Shown here in pieces: positions 15,705-20,864 of a stretch of 20,864 nt of DNA (its first letter is position 1; the number at the start of each line of letters is the position of its first letter). The notes under the pieces were generated by a model. That model saw only the letters and a program-made list of their open reading frames with translations, did no database searches and had not been told where the DNA came from. The translations under genes and the position numbers were made by a program. Source of the stretch: Methanobacteriota archaeon. GTDB lineage: Archaea; Thermoplasmatota; Poseidoniia; Poseidoniales; Poseidoniaceae. The stretch lies in contig JABIGM010000066.1 of NCBI GenBank assembly GCA_018650165.1, positions 1 through 20,864 of the forward strand, given 5' to 3'.

Positions 15705-16718
15705 ATGCCATTAATTGATGCGAGTGAAAATCTTCTGGACATGCAACTAATGTCTGATCTACATTCGAACTTTACTACACGTGATGGTTTAATTCTCGAC
15801 TTGGACGGTAATGCTTGGTTTCGGTGGAGAACAGATGGGCTAGATGCTTGGTGGAGGATGTTTGAGGAAACTATCAATGCCCCAATGGGTCGCAGATTGG
15901 CGAATTCGGCATGCGATGAAGAAGAGTGGCTACTTCAATCGGGAGTCCTTGATAAGACGGGTTTCTTTCGGCGCAAGAAAGCAACGCAAGCCCTTCTCAG
16001 TAGATGGTATCTACATGGCTGGGGTATTCCTTCACTCAAACCGCCAAGCATAGAGGGCGTGGGGCTTACTCCTGTCTTCGCAGGTATTCTCCAAGCCGGA
16101 ATAGAGCGAATTGAATCGAAAAGATATCGAATGCGGTGGGAAGAGAAATCTCCCGAGGCTTGTCTTCTGAAATTAGAAGGCTCTCCGTATCCAATTGCTG
16201 CAGTAGGAGGTGCATGTGAAACATATCCAGCAGGTGTTCCATACGACCTAGAAGTAGAAAGCCAGTGGCGCATAGACGGACAAAAGTATCACCTAATTCC
16301 AGCTGGTTTATTTCACCGTCTGCAGGAGTCTTGTGCAGGTTTAGTTGCTAATATTGGAGAGGATGAAAGGTCTGTTTGGCCACCATTTGATGATGGATTC
16401 TTATCGATTGCAATTGCTTGTAAGAGGTTATTTATTGCAGGTGAAGAGATATTTTTAGCTGTGGGTGAAGATGGCTGGGTTGAAAGTTGTGAGGCATACT
16501 TTGCACCAATGGGGCTATCAACTCCAATTTCAGCCAAAACTATTGATTCGAACGGTGGTGTCGAACTGGAATATAGCGACCTGCCAATGCCCTCAATCAC
16601 AGTTGGTTTTCTGGCTGGTGCATGGACACGTAGCGAGGGTAGGCCAGTCAAAGTCAGTGTCCAAACGAATGGTAAATCTAAGATTATTTCTTTACAAAGT
16701 CGGTATGAAATAGCTTGA
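15705..16718 (+). CDS. Hypothetical protein, possibly two tandem V4R-like modules
   Basis: 340-aa ORF (GTG 15696 overlapping the glyA stop, or ATG 15705 with GTGAT upstream). Half 1: LDGNAWFRW ... RWYLHGWG ... VFAGILQAGIE. Half 2: IDGQKYHLIPAGLFHRL ... YFAPMGL ... TVGFLAGAW. The CDS is well supported; the fold call is tentative. Confidence 0.7.
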   Translation: MPLIDASENLLDMQLMSDLHSNFTTRDGLILDLDGNAWFRWRTDGLDAWWRMFEETINAPMGRRLANSACDEEEWLLQSGVLDKTGFFRRKKATQALLSRWYLHGWGIPSLKPPSIEGVGLTPVFAGILQAGIERIESKRYRMRWEEKSPEACLLKLEGSPYPIAAVGGACETYPAGVPYDLEVESQWRIDGQKYHLIPAGLFHRLQESCAGLVANIGEDERSVWPPFDDGFLSIAIACKRLFIAGEEIFLAVGEDGWVESCEAYFAPMGLSTPISAKTIDSNGGVELEYSDLPMPSITVGFLAGAWTRSEGRPVKVSVQTNGKSKIISLQSRYEIA

Positions 16719-16723
16719 TTTTT
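16719..16723 (+). terminator. Possible oligo-T terminator after the V4R-like gene
   Basis: TTTTT immediately after the TGA stop, followed by a 103-bp intergenic gap. Confidence 0.3.
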
Positions 16724-16821
16724 ATGCTTCAGAAACATAATTTGGTCAAATCATTTACCGTGAAGGTTTATGACCAGAACAGTACTCGAGGAAACTGCAT
16801 TAACGTGCGGAGCGTATTATC

Positions 16822-19800
16822 ATGACAATGTCACACAACCAAATGGCTTACGTTGCAATAGTTTCAACCATGATTTTTGGTTCACTTTTTGTAGGAGCAA
16901 CAGGATTCTTCCAGACTAGTGAAGGCGCTGGAGATTTCGACCCAGCGGCAGAGGATGATTTGATTGGTGAGGGTTCCAACACTGGCCAGTCTTTGGATTC
17001 TGATAACGATGGCCTTCCAGACGCTATTGAAGCACAATATGGAACGGACCCTAACGATCCCGATACCGATAAGGACACCATGTCGGATGGTTGGGAAGTA
17101 GAAAATGGATTGAACCCACTAGATAATGGTGAATCCGATGATGCAGATAATGATCCTAGTGAAGCGAACTCTGATGGAGCTGAAGAACAGGAAGAAGAAG
17201 ACTCCTGGCCAGACCCTGACGACGGACCGAAAGGAGACCCTGACCGCGACGGACTAATTAATTCGGTTGAGGTATTAGAAGGTACAAACCCAAGACTAGC
17301 AGACACTGATGGTGATGGGCTGAACGACAAGTGGGAAGTAACATACAAGCATGTAGTCAACCACCCTGCAGGAAACTATACTCTCTTCAATCCACTATCT
17401 GCGAACTGGAATTGTGTTGAATTAAATGATGCAATGGAAGAATCATTAGAGGACCACTTCAATGGTCAGAATGGAATTGCAGATTGGGATGTCCTCGCAA
17501 ATGGTGCCGGTGAGCACTCGTGTGATCAAGTTCTTGATTCAGATTCAGATGGCTTGTTCAATCTAGAAGAAGAAGCGTATGGAACAAATCCAACCAAGGC
17601 AGATTCTGATGGTGATTTGCTAGATGATATTCATGAAATTTCTAATTCAACTATTTCAGTAATGAAAGCGACTGGACAGAATTGTGGTCTGAGTCTACTC
17701 GACCCAGTCACAAGAGAGGCACCTTTCGCTTCTGCTGCGCTTGAAAATGGCCTCGCTTGGTTTAAGGAAGACATGGATGGCGATGGACAACTGAATGGCC
17801 CATCCGATTGGGATACCGATGGAGATGGTATGCCAGATGGTTTTGAATTCTGTTTTTCACGAGTTCAAGATCACCCTAGTTCAGGTACATCTATTGCAGT
17901 TTCACAACTACTAGATCCTGCCAACAATTCTGATGGCTATGGAGACTGGGATGAGGATGGCATGAACAATATCGAGGAATATCAGGTCGCACTTACATTT
18001 GGGGAAGAAAAGTTCACCTCTCCTTGGCACGCTGACACTGATGAAGATGGTATGCCAGATGGATGGGAGGCTACAAATGGGCTCGATCCACGTGATGGTT
18101 CCAATGGTGATATCGATTCCGACAGAGATGGATATGATGCAGATGGGGATGGAACAGTAACCTTTGCAACACTCGAAAACGTGGCCCTTGTAGTCGCAAT
18201 AGATGTTGAACTAGATGATTGGGTAAGTGCTAACCAAACAGTAGCGCGTGCTAGAATCACACTTTCAGGAGGTAATCAACAAGTTATTCCACTTCTTGCT
18301 CCGGTTGAAGGCTATGTATATTCCATCAATGTAGAAGTTGGAGACACAATAGAAAGCCGACTCGATGTATGGGTGGAAATTGTTGAGCTCGATGAAATGT
18401 TCACGAACTTAATGGAATACAATGCTAGAGACTCTGATGGTGACGGAATTATCGATGGGCGCTCTACAGACCCACTAAATCCAGATACTGACGGGGATGG
18501 CCTAAAGGATGGGATCGAGGTAATCGGTTGGGAAATCCTAGTCGTTAATCGAGGAGTCCAGCATACCCATGTCACATCCGACCCTGGACTTTGGGATACT
18601 GATGAAGATGGGTTATCTGATTTCAAAGAATTCAGCGAAGTCTGTGACACAGGATCAAATGCATCGAATGCTGATACTGATGGAGATGGATTGCTAGATC
18701 AGGCTGAAGCATTGAATGGTTTCTCATGGTATGGTGAAGATTATTTCACTAGCCCTTGTATGTATGACACCGACAATGATGGCCTAGAAGATGGAGAAGA
18801 GGTAGTGTTGGGTCAGGACAATTTCCTTACACATGCTAATAATTCCGATACTGATGATGATGGTTTGATGGATGGTCATGAAGTTCTATTCGTCCCAAGG
18901 CCGTTTCAGAATCCAACCAATCCCCTGATTAACGATACTGATGGAGACGGGATGCTTGATGGTTGGGAGATGCAAGTAGAATCTGTTGAAGATAATACAA
19001 AATCACACTCACTATGGGTTGCAACTGACCTTTGGTTACCACCTGGCTGTGATTCAATGATCGAATGTGGTCTAGATTCCGGTGGATATGTCTGGAAGAA
19101 TTGGCTTGGCGGTTTCATTCTCGAAAAGAAGTATGAAGTCCATGAAATGAACATGACTAATTTTGCTGTACCTGCTAATTCGTTGTGTGGTGGATGCCAT
19201 GGACGCTGGGCATTAGACCCATCCGAAGCATCCCTCAAAGACGATACCTATGATATTGACAATGATACACTATCCAATGGTGCTGAAGCCCCAGACAGGT
19301 GGAATACGAACCCTGTGGATGATGATACTGATGGTGATATGTTACCGGATGGATGGGAAGTTACCTATTCTGAACAAGCATTGATTCTCGGTCTTCTTGA
19401 TAATGAAACCTACAGTGCTAATGGAGCACGTGGGGTAATGGACCCATCGATGAAGGATTCGGATTTAGATGGAATTGATGATGGGATGGAGGATCCAGAC
19501 CACGATGGTCTGAACCGTACCGGACTAATTGCAAAATATTGCCCATCATACAACGACCCACAGGCGAGCAATTGCCATATCGATCCAGATAGCCCAGATG
19601 GAAAAATGTTCTATGACAATCTAGAGAATTATACTAGCTTTGAGGAATATATTAACGGAACAAACCCGATTACCAATGACACAGATGGTGATGACTGGGA
19701 TGATGGGCCAGAAGTATTCTACCAGGACCACGACGATGATGGAATGGCTACTGGATGGGAGTATTACTTTAATTTCGACCCGTATGACAGTGCAGACCGC

Positions 19801-19920
19801 ATGGTAGATACTGACGGGGATGGCCACATAAATTACTGTGAGTACAAATGGGACACCAACCCGCGTGACATCAACAGTTTCCCGGGACAGGGTCAACTCT
19901 GTAATGCCTTTGAGGAGTAA
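16822..19920 (+). CDS. Membrane-anchored, highly acidic Ca2+-binding repeat surface protein (thrombospondin type 3-like DxDxDG repeats)
   Basis: N-terminal hydrophobic anchor YVAIVSTMIFGSLFVGATGFF, then about 26 DxDxD(G) loops with consensus DTDGDG(L/M)xDGxE and T(N/D)P linkers; many N-x-S/T sequons and paired Cys. Confidence 0.9.
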   Translation: MTMSHNQMAYVAIVSTMIFGSLFVGATGFFQTSEGAGDFDPAAEDDLIGEGSNTGQSLDSDNDGLPDAIEAQYGTDPNDPDTDKDTMSDGWEVENGLNPLDNGESDDADNDPSEANSDGAEEQEEEDSWPDPDDGPKGDPDRDGLINSVEVLEGTNPRLADTDGDGLNDKWEVTYKHVVNHPAGNYTLFNPLSANWNCVELNDAMEESLEDHFNGQNGIADWDVLANGAGEHSCDQVLDSDSDGLFNLEEEAYGTNPTKADSDGDLLDDIHEISNSTISVMKATGQNCGLSLLDPVTREAPFASAALENGLAWFKEDMDGDGQLNGPSDWDTDGDGMPDGFEFCFSRVQDHPSSGTSIAVSQLLDPANNSDGYGDWDEDGMNNIEEYQVALTFGEEKFTSPWHADTDEDGMPDGWEATNGLDPRDGSNGDIDSDRDGYDADGDGTVTFATLENVALVVAIDVELDDWVSANQTVARARITLSGGNQQVIPLLAPVEGYVYSINVEVGDTIESRLDVWVEIVELDEMFTNLMEYNARDSDGDGIIDGRSTDPLNPDTDGDGLKDGIEVIGWEILVVNRGVQHTHVTSDPGLWDTDEDGLSDFKEFSEVCDTGSNASNADTDGDGLLDQAEALNGFSWYGEDYFTSPCMYDTDNDGLEDGEEVVLGQDNFLTHANNSDTDDDGLMDGHEVLFVPRPFQNPTNPLINDTDGDGMLDGWEMQVESVEDNTKSHSLWVATDLWLPPGCDSMIECGLDSGGYVWKNWLGGFILEKKYEVHEMNMTNFAVPANSLCGGCHGRWALDPSEASLKDDTYDIDNDTLSNGAEAPDRWNTNPVDDDTDGDMLPDGWEVTYSEQALILGLLDNETYSANGARGVMDPSMKDSDLDGIDDGMEDPDHDGLNRTGLIAKYCPSYNDPQASNCHIDPDSPDGKMFYDNLENYTSFEEYINGTNPITNDTDGDDWDDGPEVFYQDHDDDGMATGWEYYFNFDPYDSADRMVDTDGDGHINYCEYKWDTNPRDINSFPGQGQLCNAFEE
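16996..19842 (+). repeat. Intragenic protein-level repeat array (DxDxDG Ca-binding loops)
   Basis: I counted 26 DxDxD(G/T/L/M/D) motifs from DSDNDG (16996) to DTDGDG (19807). One exact 20-nt DNA duplication, AGATACTGACGGGGATGGCC, at 18483 and 19806. Confidence 0.85.
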
Positions 19921-19922
19921 TG

Positions 19923-20864
19923 ATGAAGCAAATATCGAAGACCAGCATTTTGTTGGCTTCGCTATTATTGCTTACAATCCCAGCGCCTCTTGGAGAGGCT
20001 GTTTCCACTGGTAGTGCCGAATTAATTAGTTCGCTAGAAGACGGCGTTTGGGTAAACGAGACCCTCGTTATTAACGGTTCAACAACCATTACAGCACAAG
20101 ATGCTAATTGGATTCTTTATGATGTTACAGACCCATATTCAGATTGGGATATACTGCGCAGTGGTGAGTATTTCAGTGAGGTTATTCCTCTCGAAGATAA
20201 TTTATGGAATTGGTCAATTACTATTGATGTTCAAGGCCTAAATTGTACCTGTTGGCTAGAAGTAAGCCAGCCACTTGGATTGCAGAAGGCCTTTCTTAAT
20301 CGGATTATTTTCATTGGTGAAGGTCCACACAGTCCCGTTCTTTCCCCACAACACGATGCGACAGTAATCGTCGATGAACCTGTACTATTGTCGGCTCATG
20401 GAATACTTGCCGACAGTAATAATTCCGACAGTAAATTGTTTTTGACATGGTGCCTTGCACCCCATGGTGCTTGTGAAGGGGAGTCATATACTTCTGAAGT
20501 TAATACAACTTGGAATGGAAATCTGGGAGTATTTACTCTTGATGCAAGCGAACTCAATCTTTCGGATGGAATCTGGGAATTTACATATTACTTGCAAGAC
20601 TTGTATTTGCGAATATCTCCTTCTGTAAAGGTGGTTGTTTATGTTGATCAAACCGACCCTGAAGCAGTATTAATTGCACCTCTACAAGCACTAGAAGGCG
20701 ATTCTGTAATAATAGATGGTAGTGGTTCCCGTGATGGTGTTTGGGGTGGAAGTTTACAAGCTATGTGGTATGTTACCCAACCCGATGGTATACTGCGTGT
20801 TGCAGAGCAATCAGAGACATCTGGGATGGTCTTTACATTGCTTCCAAGTGCATCAGGTAACTAT
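19923..20864 (+). CDS. Secreted Ig-like/PKD-domain protein (N-terminal part only; runs off the right edge)
   Basis: Missing from the ORF track; translated by hand. ATG 19923 follows GAGGAG (19912-19917) and is open for 314 codons to the edge: MKQISKTSILLASLLLLTIPAPLGEA (signal), beta-rich body, PKD-like start DPEAVLIAPLQALEGDSVIIDGSGSRDG ... MWYV ... SGNY. Confidence 0.8.
   Translation, partial: MKQISKTSILLASLLLLTIPAPLGEAVSTGSAELISSLEDGVWVNETLVINGSTTITAQDANWILYDVTDPYSDWDILRSGEYFSEVIPLEDNLWNWSITIDVQGLNCTCWLEVSQPLGLQKAFLNRIIFIGEGPHSPVLSPQHDATVIVDEPVLLSAHGILADSNNSDSKLFLTWCLAPHGACEGESYTSEVNTTWNGNLGVFTLDASELNLSDGIWEFTYYLQDLYLRISPSVKVVVYVDQTDPEAVLIAPLQALEGDSVIIDGSGSRDGVWGGSLQAMWYVTQPDGILRVAEQSETSGMVFTLLPSASGNY

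Noticed and set aside
18483-19825. Exact 20-nt direct repeat (18483 and 19806) as a CRISPR or mobile-element end
   Set aside because: Both copies are in-frame DTDGDG codons of the protein repeat; there is no regular spacing, cas gene or transposase.
16848-19896. Several Ser/Pro-rich minus-strand ORFs (92-170 aa)
   Set aside because: Predictable antisense products of Asp/Gly-rich codons in the repeat gene.

Overview
Gene-dense archaeal chromosomal segment: 13 CDSs (two truncated by the window edges), gaps of 0-148 bp, and no RNA genes, CRISPR arrays or mobile elements that I could see. The archaeal assignment rests on archaeal-type ValRS and SHMT, a Pyrococcus-like alanine aminotransferase and GGTGA ribosome-binding sites. 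Compactness and large acidic secreted DxDxDG proteins suggest a marine Thermoplasmatota such as Poseidoniales/MG-II (inference, no search run). Left part: secreted CARDB/Ig-like protein (partial), multi-pass membrane protein, serA-like dehydrogenase, dinB and valS. From 6613 to the right edge, eight co-oriented + strand genes: RND/MMPL transporter, EVE protein, alanine aminotransferase, large TM+TPR protein, glyA, tandem V4R-like protein, a 1032-aa Ca-binding repeat surface protein and a secreted PKD-type protein (partial). The best leads are a lysine-less biotinyl/lipoyl-like domain and a lone CXXCH inside the repeat protein, an RND pump retaining only one of the two Asp-Tyr proton-relay pairs, the tandem V4R-like protein, and non-coding signals (a 27-bp palindrome, a recurrent TTCAAA promoter-like element, a structured valS leader). 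All family calls are from motif recognition by eye.
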